Positions 51,062-64,000 of a DNA stretch of 64,000 nucleotides are shown one piece after another. Numbering within the stretch: position 1 is the first letter of the stretch; the number at the start of each line of letters is the position of its first letter. Origin of the DNA: Eledone cirrhosa (lineage: Eukaryota). The stretch is taken from assembly GCA_964016885.1 (NCBI GenBank), contig OZ024757.1, positions 34,720,001 through 34,784,000 on the forward strand. The letters run 5' to 3'. The notes under the pieces were generated by a model. It was not told where the DNA came from. It made no database searches and saw nothing but the letters and a program-made list of their open reading frames with translations. Made by a program: the position numbers and the translations under genes.

Positions 51062-51825
51062 AGCTTCGAGTTTATTCCGAAGTCTGTTCAAAAGACTTAC
51101 TGTTGTTGATTGTACAACCAAACTGAAGAAAGTTTAAACAAAAAATAAAGCTGAAATGGAAAATTTCGCTGCTGTTTCTAGCAGGTAGAGAGACTACGTA
51201 CAGGTTTTCTCATAGTTATATAATTGATATTTTACTGGGTGATACTTTTCGATTTACCATCTATTAAATACGATTGGAACTGTCCTAGTGTATTAAATTA
51301 TATCAGGGACTTTTAACGTATTACACCGGGGAGAGTTGAAATATTGTCAACGTCGCCGCGTCTTCATTATAACTTTAATTTGTCTAATTATATCTTGTGT
51401 AACAATTATATATATATACACACAATTTTCTTTCCCTGACATCAGTCTTACACTGTCATATCTATTCTTACTTTACAATTGTGTCTACTAAGAGTTCCAT
51501 TATAATCTGTAGTAGAAAAACGACTATTTCACCAGAACATCTGCTATCAGCTATTTATGGACAATATATATATTTTAGACCACATATCAACCTAATATAT
51601 AGATATTTCCTATCAAATCTCTGGCTAAAGACATCAATATTTTCAAGGTATTACCACAATTTTTATCATTACGTTTTTTTCCACTAATTTATTGTTTTAT
51701 TTTTTAAATATTTATGACTAACTTTTCTATATTTTGGGATTCTAAACCCTCAAAAAATTGTTATTCATACCAGGCCAAGAAATATAAATTAAATTTGCAA
51801 ATGAGATTATATACACACGTAAAAT
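51062..51825 (+). promoter_or_regulatory. Conserved ZNF upstream module (ZNF5)
   Basis: Homologous to the other module copies. Confidence 0.5.
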
Positions 51826-52173
51826 ATATATATATATATGGATAATGTATATAAAAATGTATATATATATATATATATGGATAATGTATCGAAGAAAAAA
51901 GAATGTATGTATTTATGTACTTCATATATAGAAATGTATGTCTGTGTTTATATGTATGTACCTTTATGCACATACACACACACACACCTAGCTAGCTACC
52001 TACCTACCCACCACCCACCCATCCACCCACCTAGGTATAGGAATATCAGTGGGTGCATGTATCTAAATCTGTGTATATTTGTTTTTGATTTTTTTTTTGT
52101 GTTAGTGTATATAGATAGATATCATCATCATTTCCGTTTAATGTCTATTTTTCCACGTTTGCATGGGTTAGAC

Positions 52174-53125
52174 CAAAGGTTCTCAACCCATTTTGGCCAA
52201 ACGCCCCCTTTTGCCCCTCGAAATCACGAAACGCCCCTACCCTAGTTTTCCATTTTTCAATATACTACTGATTTTGATATCAGTAGATTACTAAAAAATT
52301 GATTAACGATATTCCAAAGATACCATTGCAGGCAGCTGAGAGTATAGATACATTCCTTGAAAGGAAATATATAAATTTCAAAAAAAGGAACATAAATGTT
52401 CTTTTTTATGAATAAGGACCAGTTGAATTTGTTATATTCCCACCAGACGATACCAGCTATTTTGAACATTTATACAAGAGCAACTCTGTCTATCCCAAGA
52501 GTGCTCTTATCTGGAAGGAAGTGAAAATTGTATTATTTCAAAGCTTTCCAATTTTCCCTTTAATGAAACAGACAGAATAAATGTTGATATCTAACTTGAT
52601 GTCCCCTCCGCTTTGTGAGCTTAGAGACCACGCAAGAGGGTTTTCATGACCACGTAAGAGGGTATATTCATTAGTAAACGGTAAAATATATACAACAAAT
52701 GAGTAAGTGAATTGTGGTAGATGGTTTCCAGTCCAGTCAGACTGCAACTACAAATAAAAAATCGACTTACTTTGACCTCGTTTCAATGGGACCCTTGAGC
52801 TTCATGGGGTCTAGCTAACTCTTTGACGTCAAGCTAGATTTTCGTAAGATATAGCCGGAGATCTCCACGTGTAATCACATTGTAACGGTTGCGAGCCTTA
52901 CTGTGCAGTCTGGAAACAGCGCCAAACCCCCTCTCGACTAAGTATGAGCTAGGAAAAGGCAAAGCAAATCTCATAGCCTCTGCATGTAGGAGTGGAAATC
53001 GACGTTAAATTTCCTCTTGCATCCCAAAAAGGGGTTTACCTATTTTAGAAAATTTAATTTTGATAATGTCATCTGCTTGAAGTTCAATTAATACTTCCTG
53101 AAATTTAACGTCCAAATATGAATAC
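52174..53125 (-). mobile_element. hAT (Buster/Charlie-like) transposon 3' end
   Basis: TIR-like CAAAGGTTCTCAACC after ggttagac; minus strand LPFPSSYLVERGFGAV....KARNR....RGDLRLYLT (hAT C-terminal dimerisation motif). Confidence 0.75.
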
Positions 53126-53160
53126 CAAAAAAATATTTTTATAGAAATATTAATAATAAT

Positions 53161-53810
53161 TTACTTCTGTAGCTCAATTTGGTAACTTAGAGTGCGCAAG
53201 TACTCCAACTTATCGGCTCGATTTCCATACTCAGTCACTAACGTCGTTATCGCTTTATGAGTCCTTTGATATTTTGCTTGTTTGGAGACGTCCTCGTGTC
53301 CAGCTCTGGTTCTTAATATCCTTTTCTCTGTCTTATTTTGTTCTAGTTTGAGAAACTCTACAAACTTATAAATGGTTGGGTAGTTATGACCCAATGATAA
53401 TTGAAGACTTCGGTGCCACTCTTCTAAAGAATTGTTGGTCCTTGGTAGGTCTCCTCGAACACGATCAAAAATACTCCAGAATTCGGGTATAAAAATGGCA
53501 TCCCTTCTACGAAATAATTTGTTAATTCTTCCAATTCCTGAGGCATAACATCTTGCAAAGATTCAAATACTCCACAAATATCGTCAACTGGCACAAAAGG
53601 CTAAAGCTACTAACATCTTACAGTATCCACGAATATGTTCCTCCCTTAAATAAAGCTGAGTAAGATTTAAATACTGGATTTTCCTCCATACGCTCTGAGT
53701 GAGGTGAAAAAAGCAACCACTTATTTGCGTGCTTTCAAAAACAGTTGTAAATGCATTTTGGAATGTCTTTTCAAAATCACAGAGCATAGTATCTGGCTTC
53801 AGATCCGGTA
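53161..53810 (-). mobile_element. Mutator-like (MULE) transposase C-terminal fragment
   Basis: CDFE..F.NAF..VF....ISGCFFHLTQSVWRKIQ; PRTNN.LE.WH; HNYPTIYKFVEFLKLEQ. Confidence 0.85.
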
Positions 53811-54921
53811 GTATCTGGCTTCAGATCCGGTAGTATCTGGCTTCAGATCCGGTAGTATCTGGCTTCAGATCCGGTAGTATCTGGCTTCAGATCCGGTAGT
53901 ATCTGGCTTCAGATCCGGTAGTATCTGGCTTCAGATCCGGTAGTATCTGGCTTCAGATCCGGTAGTATCTGGCTTCAGATCCGGTAGTATCTGGCTTCAG
54001 ATCCGGTAGTATCTGGCTTCAGATCCGGTAGTATCTGGCTTCAGATCCGGTAGTATCTGGCTTCAGATCCGGTAGTATCTGGCTTCAGATCCGGTAGTAT
54101 CTGGCTTCAGATCCGGTAGTATCTGGCTTCAGATCCGGTAGTATCTGGCTTCAGATCCGGTAGTATCTGGCTTCAGATCCGGTAGTATCTGGCTTCAGAT
54201 CCGGTAGTATCTGGCTTCAGATCCGGTAGTATCTGGCTTCAGATCCGGCAGTATCTGGCTTCAGATCCGGCAGTATCTGGCTTCAGATCCGGTCATATCT
54301 GGCTTCAGATCCAGTAGAATCTGGCTTCAGATCCAGTAGTATCTGGCTTCAGATCCAGTAGTATCTGGCTTCAGATCCAGTAGTATCTGGCTTCAGATCC
54401 AGTAGTATCTGGCTTCAGATCCAGTAGTATCTGGCTTCAGATCCAGTAGTATCTGGCTTCAGATCCGGCAGTATCTGGCTTCAGATCCGGTCGTATCTGG
54501 CTTCAGATCCAGTAGTATCTGGCTTCAGATCCAGTAGTATCTGGCTTCAGATCCGGTAGTATCTGGCTTCAGATCCGGTAGTATCTGGCTTCAGATCCGG
54601 TCATATCTGGCTTCAGATCCGGTCATATCTGGCTTCAGATCCAGTAGTATCTGGCTTCAGATCTGGTAGTATCTGGCTTCAGATCCAGTAGTATCTGGCT
54701 TTAGATCCGGTAGTATCTGGCTTCAAATCCGGTAGTATCTGGCTTCAGATCCGGCAGTATCTGGCTTCAAATCCGGTAGTATCTGGCTTCAGATCCGGTC
54801 ATATTTGGCTTCAGATCCAGTAGTATCTGGCTTCAGATCCAGTAGTATCGGGCTTCAGATCCGGTAGTATCTGGCTTCAGATCCAGTAGTATCTGGCTTC
54901 AGATCCAGTAGTATCTGGCTT
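53787..54921. repeat. 22-bp minisatellite, ~51 copies (TAGTATCTGGCTTCAGATCCGG)
   Basis: Direct tandem units with no spacers; proximal copies homogeneous, distal copies variable. Confidence 0.95.
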
Positions 54922-55035
54922 GTGGCTGAGTGGTTAGAGAATTGGATTCGCAATCGTAAGGTTGTGAGTTCGATTCCTGGACCAGGCGATGCGTTATGTC
55001 CTTGAGCAAGACACTTTATTTTCACGTTGCTCCTT
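54922..55035 (+). mobile_element. tRNA-derived SINE head plus core fragment
   Basis: GTGGCTGAGTGGTTAG (A box), GAGTTCGATTCC (B box), TGTCCTTGAGCAAGACACTT. Confidence 0.75.
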
Positions 55036-55154
55036 CTACCTGGAGTTGCGACCGATAGATAGTATTAGCAATTGGAAAGACCGACGGAAACATTGTTCCC
55101 TTGGTCCGATTTGACGAAAGTCGATCGTTCCTTTTATATATGTATGTATGTACG

Positions 55155-56420
55155 TGGAAAAGTAAGAAATAGGAGAACAGACCATTAATACATGTTTATT
55201 TAAAACAGCACCTACGTACGTTTCGCCCGGATGGGCTTCTCAAGGGCATAAATAACTAAAAGTGTTCCTTACATGGCCCGGAAAGTGTTTTGGAGGTAAG
55301 TTCACATCAGAGTTCATTCTTCGCAAACAAAGCGTGTTTTGATTTTGCAGAAGGTCAAGGTAGGTAACTCTGGCCGGTGTCAGGGCAGTCTTTCCCGGAC
55401 AAATTTTTTATCCGTTACAAGATGTGGTTACAACCTTACCATTATCGATACGCACAGGGTCAGGTAAGTAACGGTTGTTTTGAGACGTTTGTTTGCTGCA
55501 CCTGCCCGCCTAGGTCTTGGATGCATGGTTAGTTTCCGGATGTTTTTTGCAGCGCCTGCCCGCCGGGGTGTTAGAGCTTGTTGCAGTGAGACCCGGTATA
55601 CGGTTTCACTCCTCATGTGTTCGAAATCTAATTTTGAAAGGGCTAGAGGTAACCCCTATATAATGTTTAACGCTATTGTGGCTAGTTACAGTGCACCTAT
55701 ATATAACCCTATCAGTCAAGCAGTATCCCCTAAGGGGGCAGCGTACCCTGTCGCGGTCCCTTCTAATTCCCACGGTAAGGTTATCATTATTGCTATCTAC
55801 GTTGTTACCTACGCTGCCGCACCTGTCGTTAGCACCATTACAACCCACAGCGCGCGGAGTGGTACCATTATTATTCCGCACGTCGTGTCCTGCATGTTCC
55901 CCAGTCATGTCGCGGTTATGCTGGTTGCGTCTGTGGAGGCTGTTGCTAGGGAGTTGTTAAGGCCGATATAGTTATTGTCAGGTGTAGGTGCATCTGTGCT
56001 AAGGTGCTGTGTCTTGGTGATTTCACTGTGATTAGTTGTTCCTATGATGTCTGCTAGGTTAGGAGTAGTAGAGAAGGATATTTTTATATTGTTACTATTA
56101 AGGATTTTTCTATACCTATGGTTGGGTGGGAAGTTCTTCTCTAAGGCTTCAAAGAATATCCGGGGTATGTTGGAGGCCACACTCCGAGAGTAAGAGGGAT
56201 GGATATCCATAGGACATTACGGTGGCGATTACGTGTCCTTGTACATTTGCTATGGGTGGTTCCATTAAGGTGACCGTTCTTATGCATGTTAATGCGCTGT
56301 AGCCCGTTACGTGCCCCTTTCACTTTATGCTCTGGTGCACTCTCCTTCCTTCTTCTATGTTTATGTACAGGAAGATGTTGGTTGGAAGGCGTTGGTAGTA
56401 GGCCGTCGCCTTTGTTGATT
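55155..56420 (-). mobile_element. Second copy of the Penelope-like element, with an internal deletion in GIY-YIG
   Basis: Homologous to 48640-49840; extra upstream RNVLW..PSYSRSVASNI...FPPNHRY.KILN.NNIKISFST.PN. Confidence 0.85.
55211..55246 (-). ncRNA. Minimal hammerhead variant (U3-A8)
   Basis: CCC-TTGAGAA-GCCC ATCC GGGC-GAAAC GTAC GTA-GG. Confidence 0.6.
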
Positions 56421-57682
56421 TTATAGTCAATGTTAATCCTAACTTTGCTAACTTACAGAATTAGAACATTATGTACAATCTCCAACGAACTCCCATACCA
56501 ACAGATGTGCCTCCACCACGAAAGTAACTCCCTGAAATACAGATACTTAAGTCCTACTTGAATGGCTAACCCAGACATAGAAGTGGAGTCTTAGGGGTAC
56601 CTCAGTGACAGATAACATTTGTTGGGTATTACCTGATGGAGACCACACCTTCCTTCCAGATTTGAATACACTGATCTGATTTCTTCCAGAGAAAGGGATA
56701 TATCTGTGTGTATGTATGTACATATATATATGTATGTGTGTATACAAATATATATATATATATATATTGTCATGACCTGCTACTCTTGGGGTAGATCTAG
56801 GGGTACTCTAGTGACTTACAATGTTTCTTGGGCATATTTTAAAACCTGATGGAGCCCACCTTCTCTCTCCAGGTCTGAACACAATTGATACCTGGATAAA
56901 ACTTCAAGGGAAATCAGATATTGTATGGATCTATATGGACTCCTAACTCCTGGTCTAAACACAGCTGATTCTCCCAGAGAAGGAGAGAGAGAGTGATAGA
57001 GAAGAAGTGAGAAAAGGATATAGAGGAACATTTGACTCCTGCTAATAAACTGGAGGTTAAACTGGTGTTGACAGGTTATCAGGAGAGGAAACAATAGCTA
57101 TGTTAGAAAGTCCTAGAAGAGTGAATTTCCTGGGAAAATGCCACAGAGGAGACCTCCCAAGAGATAGAAGGATAACATGCTGGAATACCACTGCTCACAT
57201 TGGAGAGAATTGCTCTGGGCAGGAAAGTTGATATCTACAGTTTACCAATATAGAAATATAAAATTTCCACTTTTAAATCTATCACTACTCATTAAGTATT
57301 CTCTATTATCTCATACTGTTTCTTTCTTATTTCAGAATACCAGACGACATAGGGATGAATTAATTTTTTTATCTTGGATACATCACCTATATTTATCATT
57401 TTAAGACTAAATTTATTTATACAGAAGTGAAATAACACAGTTTATATAACTGTATTGTTCAATTACTGTGAATTATTTCCTCAGAACTAAGTTTATATTC
57501 TTCGCTATGAGATATATTTTGTATTTTAACTAAACTTGGATAACAAAGAAGTTTACATTATCTGAAGATATTAACTTAAATCACAGTTGAGGGAAATATC
57601 AAAGAAATATTTTTTAGGAATATAATATAAAAAATATTACAAGAAAAACAGCTGTATATTCTGTTGAGAAGAAAGGAACGTG

Positions 57683-58861
57683 ATGGAAAATAAATTCAGC
57701 GAGAAGACAAACTGTGAAACACTGTCTAAAAGGATGAACATTCCAGATGAGATGACAAACGATACAGAAGAGAAGCCATATCACTGTGACATCTGTAAAA
57801 GGTTATTCTTTCATAAGATCAATTTAACTATGCATAAATGTGTACATACAGGAGAGAAGCCATATCACTGTGATATCTGTGGTAAATCATTCTCTGATAG
57901 TAGTAACTTAAAAAGACACAAACGTACACATACAGGAGAAAAGCCATATCACTGTGATATCTGTGGTAAATCATTCTCTCTAAGCAGTACCTTAACTAGA
58001 CACAAACATATACATACAGGAGAGAAGCCATATCACTGTGATATCAGTGGTAAATCATTCTCTGATAGTGGTCACTTAACTAGACACAAATATATACATA
58101 CAGGAGACAAGCCATATCACTGTGAGGTCTGTGGTAAATCATTCGATCTAAGTAGTCACTTAACTTCTCACATACGTATACACACAGGAGACAAGCCATA
58201 TCACTGTGATATCTGTGGTAAATCATTCTCTGCAAATTATAACTTAAGTACTCACAAACGTATACATACAGGAGAGAAGCCATATCACTGTGATATCTGT
58301 GGTAAATCATTCTCTCAAAGTAGTCAGGTAATTTCCCATAAACGTGTACACACAGGAGACAAGCCTTATGACTGTGATACCTGTGGTAAATCATTCTCTG
58401 CAAGTTATATCTTAACTACTCACAAACGTATACATACAGGAGGGAAGCCATATCAGTGTGATATCTGTGGTAAATCATTCTCTCAAAAAGGACACTTAAC
58501 ATCTCATAAATCTCTACATACAGGAGAGAAGCCATATCACTGTGAGATCTGTGGTAAATCATTCTCTCAAAGCGGTACATTAACTTCTCACAAACGTATA
58601 CATACAGGAGAGAAGCCTTATCATTGTGATATCTGTGGTAAATCATTCTCTCAAAATAGTCACTTAATTTCCCATAAACCTGTACATACAGGTTACATGC
58701 TATATCAATGTGAGATCTGTGGTAAATCATTCTCTGGTAGTGGTAACTTAAAAAGACACAAACGTATACATACAGGAGAGAAGCCATATCACTGTGATAT
58801 CTGTGGTAAATCATTCTCTGCAAGGAGTATCTTAACCAGTCACAAACACATACATACATGA
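57683..58861 (+). CDS. Tandem C2H2 zinc-finger protein, 13 fingers (ZNF5 here)
   Basis: ATG follows GTG at 57680; finger 4 has C->S; stop is GGA->TGA in the linker; first ~7 fingers closely match ZNF4. Confidence 0.92.
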   Translation: MENKFSEKTNCETLSKRMNIPDEMTNDTEEKPYHCDICKRLFFHKINLTMHKCVHTGEKPYHCDICGKSFSDSSNLKRHKRTHTGEKPYHCDICGKSFSLSSTLTRHKHIHTGEKPYHCDISGKSFSDSGHLTRHKYIHTGDKPYHCEVCGKSFDLSSHLTSHIRIHTGDKPYHCDICGKSFSANYNLSTHKRIHTGEKPYHCDICGKSFSQSSQVISHKRVHTGDKPYDCDTCGKSFSASYILTTHKRIHTGGKPYQCDICGKSFSQKGHLTSHKSLHTGEKPYHCEICGKSFSQSGTLTSHKRIHTGEKPYHCDICGKSFSQNSHLISHKPVHTGYMLYQCEICGKSFSGSGNLKRHKRIHTGEKPYHCDICGKSFSARSILTSHKHIHT

Positions 58862-58919
58862 GACAAGCCATATCACTGTGATATCTGTGTTAAATCATTC
58901 TCTGTCAGTAGTCATTTAA

Positions 58920-59027
<108 letters not shown>

Positions 59028-59567
59028 TGACATGTCATTTCACTGTGATATCTGGTAAATAATTCTCTGATTGTATTTACTTCTCACAAACATGTACATA
59101 CAAGGGCAAAGCAATGTCATTGTGAGATCTGTGGTAAATCATTTTCTTAAAATTGTGAATTAATGAGACGAATACATATGAGTGTGATATCTGTGGGAAA
59201 TCATTCTCTTTGAATGCTACATTTATTATACACAAACATATATACAGTTGGCAAGCGATATCACTTTGATATGGTAAATGACTCTAAATGTTGTGGCTTT
59301 ACTAGATACTAACATATCCAGGAGACAAACCATATCACTGTGATGTCTGTCGAAAATAATTCTCTTGTAAAGGTTACTTAATGCAACACAATCACAATCG
59401 GACAAGATAAAAACCATATCACTCAGGCAAAATAGTGCATCCAAATGTTTTAAATGTTTTGAATAAAACTGTTTTACTAAGAAATTATTCTCCTTTCGTT
59501 TTATTTGTAGAAGTTGTAACCAAGACTTTTGCTTACAAAGCTGTATGATTCAGATTTACAAACATTA

Positions 59568-59600
<33 letters not shown>

Positions 59601-59844
59601 GTATATGTATATATGTATGTTCTCTGGTTTTATAATTTCACAGTTTTACCAATAGAGAGAGAGTCGGTTTCTAACATAGACACAAGACTCTCTCGTTGAA
59701 ATTTACACAACATCAACTAGGTAGATATGTATGTATGCATGCATGTGTAGATATGGATGTTATTGTATGTGTGGATGTGTATGTTTTGAGTTGTATGTGT
59801 GCATGTGTATATGCTTTGTATCTGTACATGTGTATATGCAGTTA

Positions 59845-62815
59845 TTAGATGCAAAATTTTTGGAATGTTTTACATATTTTTACTGTTCCATTAATGGATT
59901 GTACTTGTAGTTTCTTAACTAGTTGTGTTCTTTCTGTTCCTGTGAAGCCCAGCTTCTCAAGATCTGTATTCAGGCAGTTACTAACATATCCCAGTGCCCC
60001 AATAATCACAGGTATAAATCTGAAGGTATAGTCAGGGTGGAGTATCTGCAGATTTCTCATCAGTTCTGCATAAATGTTCTCCTTTTCACTAATCTTTGAT
60101 ATTATATTGGCATCTGCTGGGCAGCTAATTTCCACTACTGTGCATGTTTTCTTCTCCCTGTCCCATATCATAATATCTGGTCTGTTATGTCTGCATTTTA
60201 TTGGGGTTTTTACTGGAACATTCCCCCAGTACTCTTTCATATTATGTACATGGATGTCTTCCACATTGTTGTAGCTTTTAATGTGTTTATTATCGGGGCT
60301 ATCTTTTTTACGAACTGCATTGTACAGTGTTTTGGCCACTATATCATGCCTCATAGGTAGATAGTATCGCGATGACATTTTTGGACAGCTGCTGATGACA
60401 TGGGTGATATCCTCGATGATAGTTCTGCAGAGTCTGCACTTGTTATCACATCTAGGTGTTTTGCCTGCTTCCCTATCTCTTTTGTAAATCAGGTATTTCG
60501 TGCTAATCTCCTGTTCTTGGATTGCAAAAGCGTATCCTTCAAAGTGGGAGCCAATATAGCGGTTGTTGGTCCAAGATAGACTACTTTCTTTATCTATATT
60601 ACTCTCACTCTGGAGCTTCCTGGCAACATATCCATGCATGATATTTTTGCTGATAGGCATGCAGTTTTTCATCCATGGATTCTCTGCGATACTGCTGAGC
60701 GACATCCCTGGGTGTGAGTTTTTGATTATCACACAGGGAATATCTCTCAAGGAGTTCCTTCCCAACTCTCATGATCCTATCTGTTTCATGCAGATAGACT
60801 TGCTCGAGAAGCGGCTCCTACGCTTCGAGGTTCGTAGATGCTGTCGGAGAGATATGATGCGACATTCAAATGTTGTCTGGACTGATGTTAGGCCTCTGCC
60901 TCCCTGCCTACATTTCAAGTAAAGGCGGTCTATGTCACTGTTGATGTGGAAGTTTCCGGTGTTGTTCAGTATTTTTCGAGTTCCAACATCAACTGCTCAG
61001 ATTTCGTCTATCGTCCAATTGAGTATTCCAAACGTTGGTGTTAGGACAGGCACAGCAAACACATTGTGAGCCACTTTTTTGTTTTGCACAGAGAGTTCCG
61101 ATGACCAGATCTTTCTTAATCGGGTGTAGTATTCCCTGGTTACGCGTTCTTTATTACAGATACCATTATAGGATATGTTCTCATCTATCCCCAGGTATCT
61201 GTAGCAGTCCTCATCAGATATTAGTGAAACAGTTAGGCCATTGTTGACAATGTTGCTAGATTGGGTTGTTGTTTTACCTCACTTTACAGTCATATATGAG
61301 CATTTATCTTGGTCAAACTCCATTCCAATGTCCTTTGAGAATGTTGTAACCAGGTCAAGTTTTTCTTCATCCCATCCATGTTCTTGGCATAGAGTTTCAG
61401 ATCATCCACAAAAAAATGATGGGTTAGGTACGTATTTCTGTCCTCCTGTGAGCCAATGATGTATCCCTCACATTTCTTGAGCAGAAAGGACAAGGGGTTT
61501 AATGACAGGATAAATAATTGTTTCTACTTTTGGCACAAGGCCAGCAAATACCTAGTATATTACTGGTACTTTATTTTATCGACCCCCGTAAGGATGAAAG
61601 GCAAAGTTAACCTCGGCGGGATTTGAACTCAGAACGTAAAGGGACGTAACTATGCTAGAAAGCATGGGATCCAACCCTCTACCGATACTGCCAAGACTGT
61701 CTCCCTGAAATATATCTCTGCAATATTTTATTTTATCAGTGAAAATCGAGTCCTCCTTCTCTGTCTTTAACTTTAGGATAGTAGCCCAAGAAGAAAACAG
61801 CTTCTCTATGGCTCTAATAATAATGTCTGGGACTTTAGCAAGTCGGAGGGCCTCTATCATCCAAGAGTGGGGGACAGAATCGAAAGCTTTCCTGTAGTCC
61901 AGCCAGACTGTAGCCATATTCCTCCTAAGTTGTTGCACCTCCGACATCGTAGTTTTGTTGATTAGGAGTTGTTCAGCACATCCCCAAACACTTTTCTTTC
62001 CAGCTGCTTGTTCAGGCAGGCTGTATACATCTTATACATCGGGTTCTGGCATGCAATGGTTTGGTAGTTTTTTGCCAAGTGGGTGTCTTTGTTCTTGGGG
62101 AGCAGTAATGTTTGTGCTAATATCAACCATTCTGGTATAAGTGTATCTCCCTTAAGAACTTGTTGGTAGAGGTCGGTAAGATACTTCCGATAGAATATCA
62201 GTTTTTTGTATCAGTAGCCAACAATCATGTCTCTTTCTGGTGCTTTCTTATCTTGGAGTTTTCCTATCACAGTCGCAAGGTTACCCTCACTTATTTCGTA
62301 CGTTTTTGTTGTAGTGTAGGAGCAATAGTTCTTTTGTATTTCTTTTAGCCACACTGCATCTTGGTTGAAATTATTCTTTTCACCCCATATTTTTCTCCAA
62401 AAGGAATCTATGTCTTTCTGGGATGGGGCCTTAGTGACACTTATTATTTTGCCCTTCATATCTCTATAGACTGATGTTTGGTTTCGTCTGAATATTTTAT
62501 CATTCTTTCATCTATCTTCTTCAGGTATCAACGTTTTTCGCTGACAGCTCTCAATTCTTGTTTGAGGGTGATCAGCTTATATTGAACAGTTCTGGTTCTA
62601 CTGTTACCGAGCATCGTCTCTATTTTATTTTTCACTCTTTGTTGGTGAGGAGTGAAGTTTTTTGTGTTTGTTTGCATGTAAGGAGCATTGTCACATATCC
62701 TATGATTTTTCGTAGGTCAGAAATCTTTTTTTCTATTTTAGTAATATATGATGGGTTTTTTGTGGTATTTTGTTTTTGTTAATATCCCTGCTATCACCAA
62801 GATAATGCTTCACTA
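59845..62815 (-). mobile_element. R4/Dong-like LINE with restriction-like endonuclease, degenerate
   Basis: WLDYRKAFDSVPHSW, FVDDLKLYA, CRLC..EDITHVISSC, RHD, NRPDIMIWD..VVEISCP (PD-D/E nuclease); microsatellite flanks. Confidence 0.9.
61514..61693 (-). mobile_element. tRNA-derived SINE inserted in the LINE
   Basis: Same family as 2093-2278; absent from the paralogous LINE at ~40575. Confidence 0.85.
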
Positions 62816-63149
62816 TGTATGTATGTATGTATGTATGTATGTATGTATGTATGTATGTATGTATGTATGTATGTATGTATGTATGTCTGGAAGAGATGAC
62901 CCCTTAGCCTTTGTCAAGGCAGAATTCTAGAAGGAGGAAAACTCTAATATAACACCTGCAACCCTGATGGTATCCAATGATGTTGACTTGTTCTTCTTTT
63001 TGGTAAATATCATCTTGGTTAAGAGAGTGGGACTGGCTTTGTGCAGTGCCTTTGCTCACTATAAAAGCTTCACGGCACAGGCATTGCTTTATATCTGGGG
63101 ATCTCTCTGTACTTGTCGTCACATGGCACCATGGGCCCAGCACTATGTG

Positions 63150-63300
63150 TCAATAATTGTCACAAGTGTAGTGTTTGTACCAGAGTTTTCAAGTCGCTGG
63201 CTGGACTAAAAAGTCACACTCGTTCAGTGCATCGGTAGGGGTTCTCCTACATGGATATAAAGTAGTGGCCGTACTCGAAAACGAGTTGGCAGCCACCATG
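63150..63300 (+). mobile_element. 3' end of an RTE-like LINE (terminal C2H2 motif plus 3' hairpin)
   Basis: HKCSVCTRVFKSLAGLKSHTRSVHR* then gtggccgtactcgaaaacgagttggcagccac; lies in a (TATG)n run and is absent at the paralogous ~41740 site. Confidence 0.55.
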
Positions 63301-63399
63301 TACACACACGTACGTGTGTATGTATGTATTCATCCCCCCCCCACACACACACACATGTTGTGTATGTATGTATTCATTCCTACACGCACACATGTGACG

Positions 63400-64000
63400 G
63401 TGTTCCAGCTTATTCCGAAGTCTGAACAAAAGACTTACTGTTGTTGATTGTATAACCAAAATTAAGAAAGTTTAAACAAAAGACAAAGCCGTAATAAATA
63501 ATTTAGTTGCTATTTCTAGCAGTGTGAGATACTACGTAGAAGTTTCCTCATCGATATGTAATTGATATTTAACTGGGTGATACTTTCGAGGTAACGATAA
63601 TGTTTATTTGAGTTTGTGAACGTAAAATAGTAAATTACCCTTTTCGATTTACCATCAATAAGATACAATGGAAACAGTGTTTAAATGTATTAAATTATAT
63701 CAGTGACTCTTAACGTATGACACCGGTAAGAGAATTGAAACTGTCAACGACACCGCGTACCTGCTGTCTTCATTACAACTTTAATTAGTCTAATTATATC
63801 TTGTTTACCAATTATATATATACACACAAACAATTTTCTTTCCCTGACATCAGTCTTACACTGTCATATCTATTCTTACTTTACAATTGTATCTACTAAG
63901 AGTTCCATTATAATCTGTAGTAAAAAAACGTCTATTTCACCAGAACATCTGATATCAGTCATTTATGGACAATATATATATTTTAGACCACATATCAACC
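63400..64000 (+). promoter_or_regulatory. Conserved ZNF upstream module, predicting another ZNF gene right of the window
   Basis: Near-identical to 41996-42540. Confidence 0.5.
63590..63639. mobile_element. 50-bp Merlin remnant (5 bp of one TIR plus ~45 bp of the other)
   Basis: GGTAA+CGATAATGTTTATTTGAG.TTGTGAACGTAAAATAGTAAATTACC matches 4480-4524; flanked by ctttcga / cttttcga; empty site at ~42178. Confidence 0.75.

Noticed and set aside
53787-54921. CRISPR-like array of palindromic repeats
   Set aside because: Units are contiguous with no unique spacers, there are no cas genes, and the unit derives from the adjacent MULE sequence
54922-54985. tRNA gene (also other A/B-box heads)
   Set aside because: No clean cloverleaf or acceptor stem; runs into SINE core sequence and occurs as dispersed copies
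63160-63238. Additional ZNF gene exon
   Set aside because: A single finger without TGEKPY linkers, followed by a LINE-type 3' hairpin; fits an RTE C-terminus

Overview
AT-rich, repeat-dense animal DNA. The ZNF linker style ([15 protein letters not shown]) and SINE content suggest a coleoid cephalopod, probably Octopus (inference). The window is part of a tandem head-to-tail cluster of C2H2 zinc-finger genes on the + strand. It holds five open ORFs (34, 19, 18, 10 and 13 fingers), the decayed 3' tail of a sixth gene at the left edge, and the upstream module of a probable seventh at the right edge. Each unit has the same layout: a conserved ~700-bp non-coding module, a variable TE-filled spacer, an old RTE remnant plus splice acceptor, one coding exon with a ~30-aa non-KRAB leader and finger array, decayed fingers, and a conserved AATAAA block. 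The spacers carry RTE, R4/Dong-like and CRE-like LINEs, Penelope-like elements (GIY-YIG), tRNA-derived SINEs, Helitrons, Merlin, Tc1/mariner, hAT and MULE fragments, and a probable solo LTR. The main unannotated signals are six minimal type-I hammerhead ribozyme motifs (two with a U3-A8 core), a 22-bp minisatellite amplified from a MULE transposase coding segment, block duplication and chimeric fingers in the 34-finger gene, and long hairpins next to the ZNF genes. No prokaryote-type system (CRISPR etc.) is supported. TE boundaries are approximate unless TSD/TIR positions are given.
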